A stretch of 62,290 nucleotides of DNA, the filler included, from Hausera hauseri (taxonomy: Eukaryota): the NCBI GenBank assembly GCA_046269625.1. It is 9 parts of 9 records of this genome, joined end to end, with 100 filler letters (N's around TTAATTAATTAA, not from the genome) between each part and the next. Parts side by side here need not be neighbours in the genome. Positions count along the whole stretch, not along the records: positions 35,664 to 49,344 come from JBJURY010777647.1; 8 more parts are not named here. The stretch is one strand, 5' to 3'. The position numbers and the translations under genes are program-made. A model generated the notes under the pieces. It did no database searches. It saw nothing but the letters and a program-made list of their open reading frames with translations, and was not told the origin of the DNA. Positions within the stretch are counted from its first letter, which is position 1. Every line of letters begins with the position of its first letter. Of this stretch, positions 35,664 to 49,344 are shown in pieces.

Positions 35664-35830
35664 TGTCAATGGTCGTCTTTTGGACAACTGTCAAGTCAGC
35701 AGTCTTCTCCATGATTGTGTAGCCTACAGAACTAGACTGAATTCTTCTCACTAAAGGCTCTTTTTTGTTTATCAGTTCATTCGTTACTGGTGATCCATGG
35801 AAAATCAACTGAATTGAAAAATCCAAGCAG
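35664..35830 (-). mobile_element. Fish-type Tc1 transposon 5' fragment
   Basis: MEKTADLTVVQKTTID resembles teleost Tc1 transposase starts (MGKTADLTVVQKT). Confidence 0.6.
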
Positions 35831-36304
35831 ATGTATATTTAGTCTGTCCCATTCTCAGTCATGACATTGATGTCCTCAGAGTGCATTTCTGCCGTTGCCT
35901 TCAAAACAGTTACGCAGGACTTCTTCAGCTGCCTGTGACCATCTTCTCACAGTTCTCATCACTACAGGTTGTTCCAAACAAGAAGTTCATAGTCCAACCT
36001 TTGGAACACAAGATTGTGATCTTATTTTCAATGATGTGGTTTTGCTGCATAAATGTATGCATCATTTTAATACCTTTATGTAACCCCCTTTAAAAGAATA
36101 AATTAGAATGACTGTAACAAAGCTGTTCTAACACATTGCTACCTTGAGTGGCTCAATACTAGAACTTAGCATACCTTGAGTGGCCATTCTATATGTTTTT
36201 ATTTATTCCAAAGTATAGAGTTTATTGTGCAGTTAACCATGGTGGCTGTCCACATTTTGAACCTGAAACTGTTACTGGTACCAAAAATGTAATATAAACT
36301 AATT

Positions 36305-36594
36305 AGTGTGTATGTATTACTCCACTCACTACTAAAAACCTGACAAATGTGTATGTATTACCCCACACAGTACAAAAAATCTGACAAGTGTGTATGTATT
36401 ACCTCACTCACTACTAAAAACCTGACAAGTGTTTATGTATTACTCCACTCAGTACTAAAAACCTGACAAGTGTGTATGTTTTACTCCACTCTATACTAAA
36501 AACCTGACAAGTGTGTATGTATTACCCCACTCAGTACGAAAAACCTGACAAGTGTGTATTTGTTACCCCACTCAGTACTAAAAACCTGACAAGT
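36305..36594 (+). repeat. Minisatellite, about 41-bp unit, about 7 copies
   Basis: Tandem AAGTGTGTATGTATTACyCCACTCAGTACTAAAAACCTGAC. Confidence 0.92.
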
Positions 36595-36785
36595 CCCCAA
36601 GAGGCAGGTTCTTGTCAAGTTAGGGAACTCTACTTTGTCTTATTGTAAATTCAAAGTGCCCTCTTTGTTCCCTGCCCCTCTAGCATGCTACATGATTTTT
36701 TGCAGAACTGTATTACCTTCAGAAAGGGTGGTTCCCAGAAAGCATGGCCTTGTCTTGAGTCCCGACTAGGGGACACAAACAAGGC

Positions 36786-36812
<27 letters not shown>
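36786..36812 (+). repeat. (TG)n microsatellite heading a teleost-type interspersed repeat
   Basis: About 13 TG units followed by GTGGGGACC/GGTCCCCAC inverted motifs. Confidence 0.8.
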
Positions 36813-36816
<4 letters not shown>

Positions 36817-37379
36817 GTTTTTCCTCCAACGTGAGGACGTTGACCTGACTCTGTGCAGACCCGTGGGGACCCGTTTACCCGTGGGGACCAGATTTTTGGT
36901 CCCCACGGGCACAACCCCATTATGTAGCAGAAAATAGTGTATAAACATGCCCCATGCAGTTTTCCTGGAAGTCCCCACGAACTTCATTTCAAGAAAAAAT
37001 TTGTGTTAGTGTGTAGGCAGGATCTCCTGGTGGTCACACACTGGTACTGCAGTCCCCATTAAACTACGTGTTCTGGAAGTGTGCGTCACTGCCTGCTCAC
37101 TCTCTAGTGACCTGCATTGGTCAGAAGAAGTATTGCAATTTAATAGTCAATTTAAACCTTAACTTTTAAAATCTAACTTTTTAAAATGTATTTCGTGTTG
37201 TTTGGTTAAGAGTATTTCATGAGTATTTTTCATTTAATTTATTTTATTTTAATTTAATTGAAGTTTAACAATATAAATATTTTTAATAAAATAATTGTAA
37301 TCAGGCAAAAGCAGCTAAGTGCTGCAAAGGCCTTTTTTTAAACAATAAATATATTGGGTTTTTGCATATATGAAACATA

Positions 37380-38220
37380 GAAAACATACATTCAAACAAA
37401 CATTGACTTGGTAGTAGTGGCTTGGTACAAAGTCATTAGGATAAATAGCTAATATACAGAACTTTGCCTCAAGAAGAACCTTTATAGCAGCTATATGTGA
37501 AACCAGATCAATTACATTCTTTTTAATATCTGAATTTTCAGGCATTCTCACATGTAGTGCAACAATGTGCCAATATTAACATTACATTTAGGACAATTAT
37601 CAGGAATGTCAGGGTTAAACTTATTAAGTTTCACAGGCATTACATATGTCCTGAATAGCCATGTATACTGTAATAGTTTCAATGTTGTATTAGTAGTCTG
37701 CATTTGTGTTTTTAAGCAAACATTTTTCCACTCAGCCTCAGTAATATCTACTTGTAGATCATCTCTCCAGGCATTAAGTTTTGATTGTGAGGTATCTTTG
37801 GATTTGGATAGCATACAATAGTGTTATTTGTCTTTGACTATCTTCACTATTTACAGTGATTCTGTTTCTGAAAGGGGCAGCTCCTCTAAGCTGTGGACCT
37901 GTGATTTTATAAAACTTTTTAACTGTAAATACATAAAGTAGTACTTTCTAGGAATGAAATAGCTATGAACCAGCTGGTCAAAAGTCATTAGTCTCACATC
38001 AGCATATAAATCAGCTATTTTGCCTAAACCTTTGACCATCCATTGCTTGAACACACCATCAAATTTACCAGGTACAAAATTGTCATTTTCCCATATTGGT
38101 GAGAATTGAGAAAGCTTAAGTGCATCCCTTGTATAAGCTTGTGCTTCATGCCAAACAGAGAGGGTATTCTTAACACACTGATTTTTTTTATATGCTGCGT
38201 CTGCAGGTGTCAACACCCGT
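37380..38220 (-). pseudogene. L1-clade LINE ORF2 C-terminal region (CCHC zinc finger)
   Basis: SPIWEN..F; LKLLQYTWLFRTY..PVKL......NCPKC....GTLLH. Confidence 0.8.
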
Positions 38221-38912
38221 GAAAATATCTTGAGCTTCTAGTTTATTTATAAAGGACTGTTTCTTAAGGAGAGTTTAAAAATGTTGTGTTACTCTATTAT
38301 ACAAATAGTTAATAACTTTGCTATAAATCTATTCACAATGGGATCATACGCTATTGGAATTGATTTTTTAAAAATTATATAATATGGAAAGGTTGCGTTA
38401 GGTTGTGGTTTTTCTCCTGTTTCTTCTATAACAGCTTATTTATTTATTTATTTATTTTCAGTAGTCTTTCTAAAGACGTTCTACTTGATAAAATATATCT
38501 TTATTTTTAAGGGAATTATTTAACCTATTGGAATAATTAATAATTTGTTGGAGCAGACTGGAGAATAGAACTTTTTATGCTACCATATCACACTGCTTCT
38601 CAATCTGAGGCTCAGAGATGCAAAAATAACCAAGTGCATACTTATTTAAGGGGTCGTTTTCATTTATTTCGTATGAGGAATGCATAGGGGATTTCAGGGT
38701 ATCTGTCATATAGGTGGTGTTGACACTTTTTTCTATGTTATTATTTTATTTAATCTTTTATCACTGTTAATGCTGTTTGCTGGGTAAAATGTGTAGTATT
38801 TTCATCTCTATATCTTATAATTAGTTTATTATTAAATGGTAAGTAAGTCACTTATTAAGGTCACATCGGAGAATGTCAATGGATTTAATATTAAATGGTA
38901 GGTAAGTAACTT

Positions 38913-39530
38913 ATGAAGGTCACATTGTGGAATGTCAGAGGGACTAATAAAATAGTGAAATTAAAACAGGTACCAGGCAGGATTAGACTACATAAATGTC
39001 AAATGATTTATCTGCAAGAGTCAAATCTGGCAGACATTACTAGAGTTAAAAAAAGATGGTTAGGACAATTTTTTTCTGTCCCATTTAACTATAAAGCCAG
39101 AGGTATTATTATGTTGATCTGCAAAGCAATCCCCTTCATGGTTAAGTAGGAATTCACTCATCCAGCTGCGAGATATATCATCTTACAGGGAACAATACTA
39201 GAAGCCCAAGTCACACTGGTCAACATTTATGGACTTAATGAGGACAATCACTACTTTTTTAGGTGTCTCTTTCTTACTATATCGACCATGTCTGGTAAAC
39301 ATATAATTGGTAGTGACTATAACTGTATGCTAGACCCCGTTAATGACCGTTCAACTGGCTTTGACACTGCCAGAAATGTCCTGATACAGTCTATAGATAA
39401 TTAACTTAATTGAAGTCTGGAAGAAGCTACATCCTAATAGAAAAGAGTTTTCATGTTGTTCAAGTACTTATAAAACATCACGAATTGATTACTTTTTGAT
39501 CTCCATGAGTCTACTACCTCAGGTATCAAA
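38913..39530 (+). pseudogene. L1-clade LINE ORF2 endonuclease region, decayed
   Basis: WNVRG, YLQES, KARG..MLI.K..PF, LVNIYG.N, GSDYNC.LDP, SRIDYF. Confidence 0.8.
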
Positions 39531-40133
39531 AGGTAGTTTGCACCTATCTCTTTAACCCTTTATATACCAAGGCTTTTGTTAGGGGAAACAAATGTCTTAT
39601 CTCCTCTCCCCTGCCCAGGTTGTTGCTCTGAAGGAACACGTTTATGTCAGAATTAAACAAGATCTTTATTTCTATTGACTTCAAAATGAGTGAACAAGAG
39701 AGAATTGTATAAGTATATATATTACCTGACATCATAGAGGCCCCCGTACAATATAATTCTGCCGTGTATCTGCTCTGTCCCCACATTTATAAACTATGTT
39801 TATCCATCCCCTGACACTTCCTGTTTTCAATTCCTGTCCAATAAACATCTTACAGATTCTCTGAAGTCCCTGTCCAATAGAACAGGCACACATTATCTGT
39901 CCTCTCTTATCACTAAGTATGTGACACATTACAAGCACCAATCTACATAATCTTACAAAGACTGTGAGACACTGATTATCCCCTTGGTAACCTGTTACAT
40001 TATCTAGTCTTACTAAAGTTGTTTTGACCTATTAAGCTGCTCTTTGACTCATCATTAATTATTTTATAATCCACACACATACTCAAATGATTTGAACTAT
40101 AATTTAACTTTATAGTTTGGTTATTTGGTTATT

Positions 40134-40465
40134 GGGCAGCTGTGGCTGAGTGGTTAGAGCAGTTGTCCTCCAATGCAAGAGTTGGGGTTCTAATCCACCA
40201 GCAGTCACGTGCCAAAGTGTTCCTGGGCAAAACACTAAACCCCTCATTGCCTCCGATGTGTGTCCCATCGGTGTACGAATGTGATAAAGCTCTGATTAGT
40301 CTCTTTAGAGTGATTTGTTCACTTAGCTTTGTAGAGATCTAGTAGAGTGCTGTATGAATGGGTAAATGAGGACACAGATTGTAGTGTAAAGTGCTCTGAG
40401 TATCTCCATAAGATAGAAAGGTGCTATATAGGTACAGTCCATTTACCATTTACAGTCCATTTATT
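40134..40465 (+). mobile_element. tRNA-derived SINE with CCATTTA tail
   Basis: A-box-like GTGGCTGAGTGGTTAGAGC, B-box-like GGTTCTAATCC, core GTGTTCCTGGGCAAAACACTAAACCC, tandem CCATTTA 3' end. Confidence 0.8.
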
Positions 40466-40874
40466 TAACTGAACAATAACATGTGAGTTGCTTTGTTTTC
40501 TCATTAAAGGCCTTATAAGGAACTATTTTCCTACTGACAGTAGAAAGTGTCATGGTTGATTTTAAAAGTTAGCAGTCACTAAAGATATATTATTTATCAG
40601 CTTATGGCCTAGTTTACACATCTGACAGATATTCTAGTCATCTTTATATGATCTATGTTCCATAATTCATAATCAAACTTTATACTCACCAAGCCATATT
40701 ATTTTCCATAATTTATCATCAAATGTTATTTTATTCCTAACACATCTTTCAAACAAAATGTTTGCAAGAACCCAAATTTATTCAATTTCCTAGTGATAAC
40801 ATTGACATTTATTTTCAGACAAATACAGATCAAACTACCCTGATGCATGCTCAATAATCCAGGTTAAAAAAACT

Positions 40875-41041
40875 AAAAAATCTAAGTCTGGTCCTCTGGA
40901 CATTAAAAAAAAAACAACGCAAAAAAAATTGTAGAAACGACTGAGGAAGTCTTTCGGACGAAAGACAAAACGTTTCTACAATTTTTTTGTGTTGTTTTGT
41001 TTTGTTTTTTGAATGTCCAGAGGACCAGACTTAGCTTTTTT
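40875..41041 (+). repeat. Fold-back inverted repeat enclosing a Penelope-type hammerhead ribozyme remnant
   Basis: Arms CTAAGTCTGGTCCTCTGGACATT...TGTAGAAACG and CGTTTCTACA...AATGTCCAGAGGACCAGACTTAG; centre CTGAGGA-A-GTCTTTC-GGAC-GAAAGAC-AAAAC. Confidence 0.65.
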
Positions 41042-41158
41042 AGACAGATCAAACTAGTGCAAGTGTAAAATGTGAAGCTTTTAAAGCTTACATTAGAGGT
41101 ATGATCATAAACTATACAACCTTTAAATCTAAGACTCATTTTGATGAACTAATTAGTC

Positions 41159-41750
41159 TTGAGACTCAAATTAATGTTTGAGTTGGATGTATGTCAAAAA
41201 GATAGTCTAGAGAAACATAAAAAGCTTTTGCTGTTGAGACTTAGGTACAGAGAAATTTCCACCAATAAAATTTCAGCAAATCTTTTTTGGTTGAAACAGT
41301 TCTACTATGACCAAGGTGACAAAGCGAGCAAACTTCTTGCATGGAGAATTTAAAAAATGCAATCAGATAGAGCTATAAACTTAATTACATTAGAAAATGG
41401 AAACAGCAATAGACCCAGTGACAACTAACTCCTCCTTTAAAACATTTTATAAAGCACTTTATCAATCATAATATCCAGAAATCATGCAATTACAGACTGA
41501 CTTCTTAGAACAATTAGATATCCCAACTACAATAGCTCAAGATAAGACTGAATTAGATGAACACGTTTCGGTTAAGGAAATGTTAGAAGCTGTACAGAGC
41601 ATGAGGAGTGGAAAAACCCAAGGGCCGGATGGGATTCCTATGACGATTTATAAATTGTTTCTAGGAAAATTATTTCCTCCATTACTACAAGTGTTTGAAG
41701 AGGCATATGAATCAGCAATCCTGTCCCCACCCTTACAGTCTGCACTAATA
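41159..41750 (+). pseudogene. L1-clade LINE ORF2 pre-RT region, probably continuing 38913-39530
   Basis: YYDQGDKASKLLAW; F..FY..LY; M.SGKTQGPDGIP...YK.F. Confidence 0.8.
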
Positions 41751-42951
41751 CATAGTTCCCACATACGTGACCGGTATTGTGCAATACCGGGTTTTCCGCC
41801 ATTTGTTGAGGCGCATGTAAAGAAGATGGCCTACAGACAGACCAGAGCTCAGTATATTGATACTCTTAACCAAGAGCAAGATACAGGCATAAAATAGCTG
41901 TGGTCCCTATGAGGTGGAGAAAGAAATTACGTCAGACGAAACAGACAAGTTGTCACCGAGAAGTCACTTTCATATTGTTAATTATTAATGAACACGAGGA
42001 GTGCCTACAACGGAGGAGCTTCGCAGCTTTAAATCCAGGGATGCTTATAATTAATAACGGATTTGTGAAGAACGACCAAACTCTTCATGTTAACAAAGTT
42101 CTGGTGACTGGCAGAGTAAGTAATTACAATGCAGTAATATATACGTAGATGTCCTTTGTAGCTTGCTACATCAGCTAAACTAATCAGTACTACGTTAAAG
42201 ATTGTTGTTATTTAATGTAGCAAAGATTAGTTTAGCTGATGTAACTTGTGCTACAGTAAATATCAGTGATCTTTAACGTAGCACAAGCTACTTGTGCAAT
42301 AGTAAAGATCTACTTGATGTAGCTTGTGCCACGTAAATTTTACTGATTATTTCTCACATTACTACATTATTTATTTTGCCTATGACTGCCTTTCATACTT
42401 AAATTAGTCTTAACAAAATAAATCATTTGTAATTATTTTTCAGTCATTGTATTTAACGTGTTACAGTAAATGTCAATGATATTATTTATTTTCCACTATG
42501 ACTGCCTTTGTTAATAAAGTTAGTGGTGAAAAGTTACAATTTGGTAACTCGTTTTCAATCCATTGGTTAAATGTTTTAAAACCCAGAAACAAGAACAGCA
42601 TTTTAATTGTTTTCCTCTTTTGTGTTGAATTTCTGTGAAAGGTTCTCCCAGAACATGGATGAAAATCCACTTGGTCCAGAAGTTGTGTGCAGCCGTGCAC
42701 CACAGCAACAAATGAGTGAAAATATCATTTCTATAAATTAATCTGCTTTTGAAGTACATGTGGTGTGGTTGTGAAACATGCATTCCTAAATGTATGTGTG
42801 CTTACCTTTTGTTTGAATAAAACAGTTGCACCAAGTTTCACCTTCTTTATTTCAATAATTAAGATACTCTGTTTAATCTCCAATACTGATAAATAGTTTC
42901 ATTGTAATGTCACCTCTACTAGACATTATTCTACTGCACATAAATAAAACC

Positions 42952-43760
42952 TGTAGTGATCGGTACCTGCCCTGCTTTATTCATTTAGTTATTCTTTAGT
43001 ATTCTGTATCAGCCCAGCTCTGACCTTAGTGATCTGCCCCTGCTCTGTGCTTTAGTTTAATTATTCTTCATGTAACATGTTTTGTTTTATTGGTTCTCCA
43101 GTCCAGCTCCTGCTCTGTGTTTTAATTTAATTATTCTTCATGTAACGTGTTTTGTTTTATTGGTTCTCCAGTCCTGCTCCTGCTCTGTGTTTTAATTTAA
43201 TTATTCTTCATGTAACATGTTTTGTTTTATTGGTTCTCCAGTCCTGCTCCTGCTCTGTGCTTTAGTTTAATTATTCTTCATGTAACATGTTTTGTTTTAT
43301 TGGTTCTCCAGTCCAGCTCCTGCGTTTAATTCTTCAGTTGCTGTGTTTTGGTTCTCCAATCCTGCTCTGTGCTTTAGTTTAATTATTCTCCATGTAACGT
43401 GTTGTTTTAATTAGTTCTCCTGTCCTGTACTGATCTGTACTCTTAGTTAATTACTCCCCAGGTGTTTTGTGTTCAGTTTGATTATGACTTGCCTTTATAC
43501 TCTGAGCTCTCAGGCAGGGGAGCATTAAGTGTAAATGCCTGCACCTTCACGGTCAGCTTCTAATTTCCTGTTTCCTAGCGTCCTGGTATTCCGAGTATTC
43601 CCTCGAGTCATGAGTAACTCTGCTGCCCTGTCAGCTTCCTATGTTTTGTTATTGCCTTTTTTGTAATTAAAGACTGTTTTGCTGCACTCGGAGTCTTGCT
43701 TGCATTTGGGTCTCAACCAACACCAAAACCTAGGTGTAGTGATTGTTCTTTGACAACTTA
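42952..43760 (+). mobile_element. Probable solo LTR containing a 70-bp minisatellite (43040-43450)
   Basis: TGT start, ATTAAA signal, CTTGCATTTGGGTC motif, TGACA end; at least 4 tandem 70-bp units. Confidence 0.55.
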
Positions 43761-45824
43761 CCAGTTTAGTGTTTTATTGACATGTACAAAACATAAAAAC
43801 ATGCATGTTGCTGTATGGTTCCTCCTCCAGGAGGAGATTGACAAAGTTCTAAGTCAAAGCCTATAATTAGACATTCAAAACAGTTGAAACTGAATACAAT
43901 ATGAGAACTGTGGGTGATTTTGTCTTTTAATGAAAATGACTACATGTAGCTTATCGTAGTGGGCTACAGAATAAATACCACATCAACAACACTCTTTAAC
44001 AAGGAATGATGGAGGCCAGTGTAGTTTCTGACTTTAAACAAACTGGAACAGATTCCTCGTGATGTTGGACCACCCGATTGGAGAAACCAACCCCTCAGGA
44101 TCCAAGACTGGACCCAGGTCTAGGATCTGAGACTGGACCCAGTTCTAGGAGAATCCTCGCACTGGAGCTTTTTTTTGGATCAAACTCTGTCCTTCACTCG
44201 TCTGTAACTTAAAAGAAAAAAAACAAGATTAGTAAACTTTGTCATGTTTGCATCACAGTCTAAAATAAGAATTAATACAGTTGCTCCTAACATTTTTACT
44301 CATTCACAAAGATATATGTTCAATTTTATATTGATTTTAGTAATTTTTATCTTAGATTTACTTTAATATTTTTGAATTATTGTTCCGGTTGCTTGTGTCA
44401 TTATCTGCTGTTTCTCTGCTGCTGACTTTCTCAGAGTAAGTGTGTCTGTCAACTTCAGTGTAGGAGAACAGTCTGTGTTTGACTTGTATGCAGGTCTTCC
44501 TGAAAAAAGAAATTGTTGGGTGTTGTGGTAATGAAGACGATCGACTTAACTTGGAACTGTGTCTTTAATAAGTACACGTTACATGAGAGATTCCAGACGC
44601 ACCTGCTGGTAGCTAACAGTATAGCTAGCAATACCCAAGACCTTACTGTGCATGTGCAGACTACGGTATCCGTGAGAGGTCAATATTCAATATTACTGCG
44701 TTCACAGTCAATATTCTACAGAAATAATTAAATAGAACAAATGTAATACCCAACTGAACTTGTGTTATGGAATATTTTCAGTAGACAGCATCCCACTGCT
44801 TTATTCACACGAGAGTAAACGGGGACTCAAAACAAACTGATAGTTCTAGTCTGACAATGTTGCAGTGTTCAAATATTATGTATATTAACTACAATGTGTG
44901 TGTATGATGCATATGCAGTACAGTATATACATATACACAGTGTGTACTGAATAACACACATGTATTTATATTAATTATTGAAGATTTGTTTAGTAAATGC
45001 TTTAACTGATATTCACTCACATTTTAGTACAATTTAGCTTCATGTGTGTTTTTCTTTTCTTTTTCTCTCCATCATTATTTTAAGTGTGCTTTAATAACTC
45101 TGGTTTAATGACGGGTCGTGTTTTGAGAGTGCTATAATGTCATATTGACCCGGTCTATCTTGAAAAAAAGATGTGTAAACTGTCTCAATCAAATCTAACC
45201 AGCTAAATAAAGGTTTAAATAAAATAACATGCAGCCTTCTGACAATAAACAGTCCAGGCTCAACACGGGACCCGAATCAGAACTATGTTGCTGTGAGTAT
45301 TATGGTGTGGAGGTTAGCACGTGGCATAGCATTCTAAGCTAACTACAGCAGTAGAGATGCTAAATCGTGAAGACAAAAAACAGTTCCAACACACACACAG
45401 TTATACTCTGACATTGTTTCACAAAATTATTTATACTGTATAGAATGTTTTGTTTACCGGACAAAAAGTGATCGGAGCATGGCGTCTTTGAGGGGAGATC
45501 CTTAGCCAGACTCAACGATGTTCTGCGGTGAGCTCCTCCATGAAGGTCCTTCTCATTTCCTTATTTTTGGGATTAAGTGAAAACTGCACTTTGCCCAAAT
45601 GTCTCCCCGGTTGTAACATCCTCTAACCTAGCATGAAATAACCATTGCAATTTAATTAAAGAAAGAAAAAAACTCGAGAAAATTAACTACCGGTAAACTG
45701 CACTGTGTCTGTAGGCAGCCTCCCAACATGAAGGACGTACCGGAAATGCCCCTGATGTTACGTCACATGGGAATTATGTATTACCTTAGTTCCAAAAATT
45801 GGCAAGCCACCAGCAGAAAGGGTA

Positions 45825-45965
45825 TCTTATCTTACCATTAGGTAAAGTTATTAAACAGCATGGGATACATTGTCATTGTTATGCTAATGATACACAATTA
45901 TATTTGTCCATGAAACCCAATGAATCCAATCAGTTACTTAGACTACAAGCAAGTCTTAAAGGGAT
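45825..45965 (+). pseudogene. L2 LINE reverse transcriptase fragment
   Basis: LPLGKVIKQHGIHCHCYANDTQLYLSMKP, a degenerate YADDTQLY motif. Confidence 0.8.
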
Positions 45966-46799
45966 CCATGATTATTTGTAACAGTATACTTTATTTGAGA
46001 AATATTTATTGTAGATGTACAAATAATACAGTAAAAATATTCAAGGCTGTTTAGTTTTTATAAATTAAAATAAAATATTGTCAAACAGACGTAAACATGT
46101 TGTTTTTGCTGCAATGCATTCTGGGTAAATGATGTATGCCAAGTCCTGTAGTGCTAGCTCCGTCCAGCCAAAACAGCTATGAGTAACGTTACTCCTTTTC
46201 AGTTTGAACCGGAACGCAATGAAATTGATGTCAATGTAAAACTCACAAGGGGAATTCAAGTCAATTCTATTCAGTTTATTTATATAGCTCCAAATCACAA
46301 GAAAGTTGTCTATGGGCACTTTACAGGAACATTCACATACATAGAAAAGCCAATTTGTAAAGTTCTCTATCTAAGGAAGCCAGCAGACAAGTTGAATCTT
46401 GACTTCGTTGCAGTCATCAATCCAAAGCAAGCCCAATGGCACAGTGGAAAGGAAAAACTCCCTTTTAAAAGGAACAAACCTCCAGCAGAACCAGGCTCAG
46501 GACAAGCGGTCATCTGCTTTGACTGACTGGGTTTGAGAGTACAGAAAGGAAATCACATGTTAAAGATAGAAAAATATGCCCATGGGTATACCATGGCACC
46601 AGAGTGGCATGGACAAGGGGTACGGCATGGTACAAGATGGGCTCCGAAGCCAAGATCTGACCTTAACGAGCTTGAACTTTCATCTAGTTACAGAGGAGAG
46701 TGGGGGAGGGGTGGAAGCAACTCAGAGGAGCCCAGGCTTCCATATGAGTCAAGTTCATCAATGTAAAACCTAAGGGTCACTGAGTAAAACACTCTTTTG

Positions 46800-49344
46800 T
46801 GTTGTGTGTTGCGTAGGAAGCACGTACAGATATGAATGAGGGCTCTCAGATCTGTCTGTCCAAGACGTTTCCAACGGTATCTGGCTTATCTTCCTAGTAC
46901 ATTGCTAGCCGAAGTTATAAGCTGAAGAATGTTAGTTTTTACTACCATATTTTTTGCTATACAGGCAGCACCATAAATTCATTCAGCATTAATCAAACTA
47001 CTTCAAATCCACACGGTATGTTAAGTATGGACACCTGAAGGTATGTGCACAGTTTCACATCCATGCGTTAACCACGGCGCGCACGGGGGCCACATAAATA
47101 ACCTATGTTAAGTCTATGGAGACCCTGATAAGCAAACTCTACAGCCCGTTGAATATCATAGAAAGCACGCACAGAGATGAGAGAGAGCTCATTGGATTTG
47201 TATTAACTAGAGCTTTACATCAGTATGAAGATCCTTGCAGGGCATTTCTATGTGAAACTGTGAGCTGAAATGTACTTCTCAGAGAAGACCTCAATTGACA
47301 ATAAAGGCTCAAGTACCAAATAATTCACAACTTCCTTCAGAAATAAGCCAACTACATCAAATTCACAGGGTTTGTTAAGTATGTTGACCTCAAGGTGCCT
47401 GTACAGTTTCACTTCCGTGCATTAACCACGGCGCGCACAGGGAGCACATAAATTGCCCATGTTAAGTCTATGGAGGCCCGTGATTAGCAAACTACGGCCC
47501 ATTGAGTGTCATGGAAAGCACGCACAGAGACGAGAGAGAGCTCCTTGGATTTGTATTAACCAGAGCTTTACATCGGTATCAAGGTCATCCTTGTAGGATG
47601 TTCCTACATGAAACTGTGAGCCCAAAGGTACCTCTCAGAGAAGGCCTCAAATGACAAAGACTCAAGTATAAAAAAGTTCACAACTTCCTTTAGAAATAAG
47701 CCAACAACTTCAAATGTCCAAGGTGTCATCAACTGAGAGCCCACACAGAATACTGAAAATTTTGTGTCCCTAGCTCTTTTCTTCTATGAAGTATGGGCCA
47801 TCCATCACTTGTATTTATAAAGGCCTGACCTTTTGACCTTTTGACTTTGAAGGGCCCATTGACCCTCTTAAGAACCTCCCAAAGAGCTCAAGCTCACAGG
47901 TCCTGATCAGTATGACCCCCTGACAGCGTTCTGTGAGTTTGGGGTCCATCTTGCATTGTCCCTGGGATTTATGGGTAATTGGTGGTGAGAAAACCAGGTG
48001 CTGGTTAACTACCTAAATTATGTCGTTCGAGCACAAAACTCACAGATCCTGATCAGCACCACCCCTGACCATGATCTGTGAGCTTGGTGTCCCTCATCCA
48101 TTCACACTATGAATTATGGGTACCTGAAGTTTGAGAAAAATTGGGTTTCTGGTTCACCCACTAAACGGAGTCGTAGAGTCACAAAACTCGCAGGGCGTTG
48201 TCGGCTTGACGCCACAACCTAGCACGTAAATTTTTGTGTCTTTACACCTTTCACCCTAGGTTTTATGGGTCCTTGTTTAGCAAACTCTACGGCACGCTGA
48301 GTGTCAAGGGAAGCACGCACAGCGATGAGACAGAGCTCGTTGGACTCGTATTAATCAGAGCTTTACGTTGGTATCAAGGTCACCCTTTTAGGATGTTCCT
48401 AAGGGAAGCTGTGAGGCAAAACGCACTCGTCACACCTATCAGAGAAGGCCTCAAATAACTCAGGTATAAAAACCATCACAACTTCCTTCAGAAATGAGCC
48501 AACCACTTCAAATTCACAGGGTGTGTTAAGTTTGACCACCTGAAGCTGTCTGTACAGTTTTGTGTCCGTGCGTTAACCACAGAGCGCACGGGGCCCACAT
48601 AAACATCCCATGTTAAGTCTATGGAGGCCCTTGATCAGCAAACTCTACAGCACGCTGAGTGTCATGCGAAGCACGCACAGAGATGAGACAGAGCTCGTTG
48701 AACTCGTATTGATCAGAGCTTTACGTCGGTATCAAGATCACCCTCGTAGGATGTTCCTACGGGAAGCTGTGAGGCAAAAGGCACTCGTTTCGCCTTAGAC
48801 GAGGCCTCAAAAAAAGTCAAGTATAAAAAGCATCACAACTTCCTTCAGAAATGAGCCAACCACTTCAAATTCACAGGGTGTGTTAAGTTTGACCACCTGA
48901 AGCTGTCNNNNNNNNNNNNNNNNNNNNNNNNNNNNNNNNNNNNNNNNNNNNNNNNNNNNNNNNNNNNNNNNNNNNNNNNNNNNNNNNNNNNNNNNNNNNN
49001 NNNNNNNCTCGTTTCGCCTTAGACGAGGCCTCAAAAAAAGTCAAGTATAAAAAGCATCACAACTTCCTTCAGAAATGAGCCAACTACTTCAAATTTTCAG
49101 GGTTTCATCGGCTTGGAGCCCCTCTCTAACACTGAAAATTTTGTGTCCCTAGCTGCTTTCCTCTATGTTTTAATAAAGGCCTGACCTTTTGACCTTTTGA
49201 TTTTGGAGGGCCTGTTGACCCCTTTAGGAACCTCGCAAAGGGCTCAAACTCACAGGACCTGATCACTACATCACCCTGACCGTGTTCTGTCAGTTTGGTG
49301 TCCGTCCTCATTTTCCCTGGGGTTTATGGGTAATTGCTTCTTCT
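46800..49344 (+). repeat. Complex satellite: about 350-bp units plus a recurring spacer block; N gap at 48908-49007
   Basis: AAGCACGCACAG near 46819 (variant), 47163, 47516, 48311 and 48669; CTGACCTTTTGACCTTTTGA block near 47825 and 49181. Confidence 0.85.

Noticed and set aside
36305-36594. CRISPR-like periodic repeat
   Set aside because: Whole units repeat with no unique spacers, there are no cas genes, and the context is eukaryotic; it is a minisatellite.
43040-43450. Second periodic array with a 70-bp period
   Set aside because: Plain tandem duplication inside a probable LTR, with no variable spacers.
48234-48798. Two similar ORFs that look like a gene family
   Set aside because: They are translations of satellite monomers.
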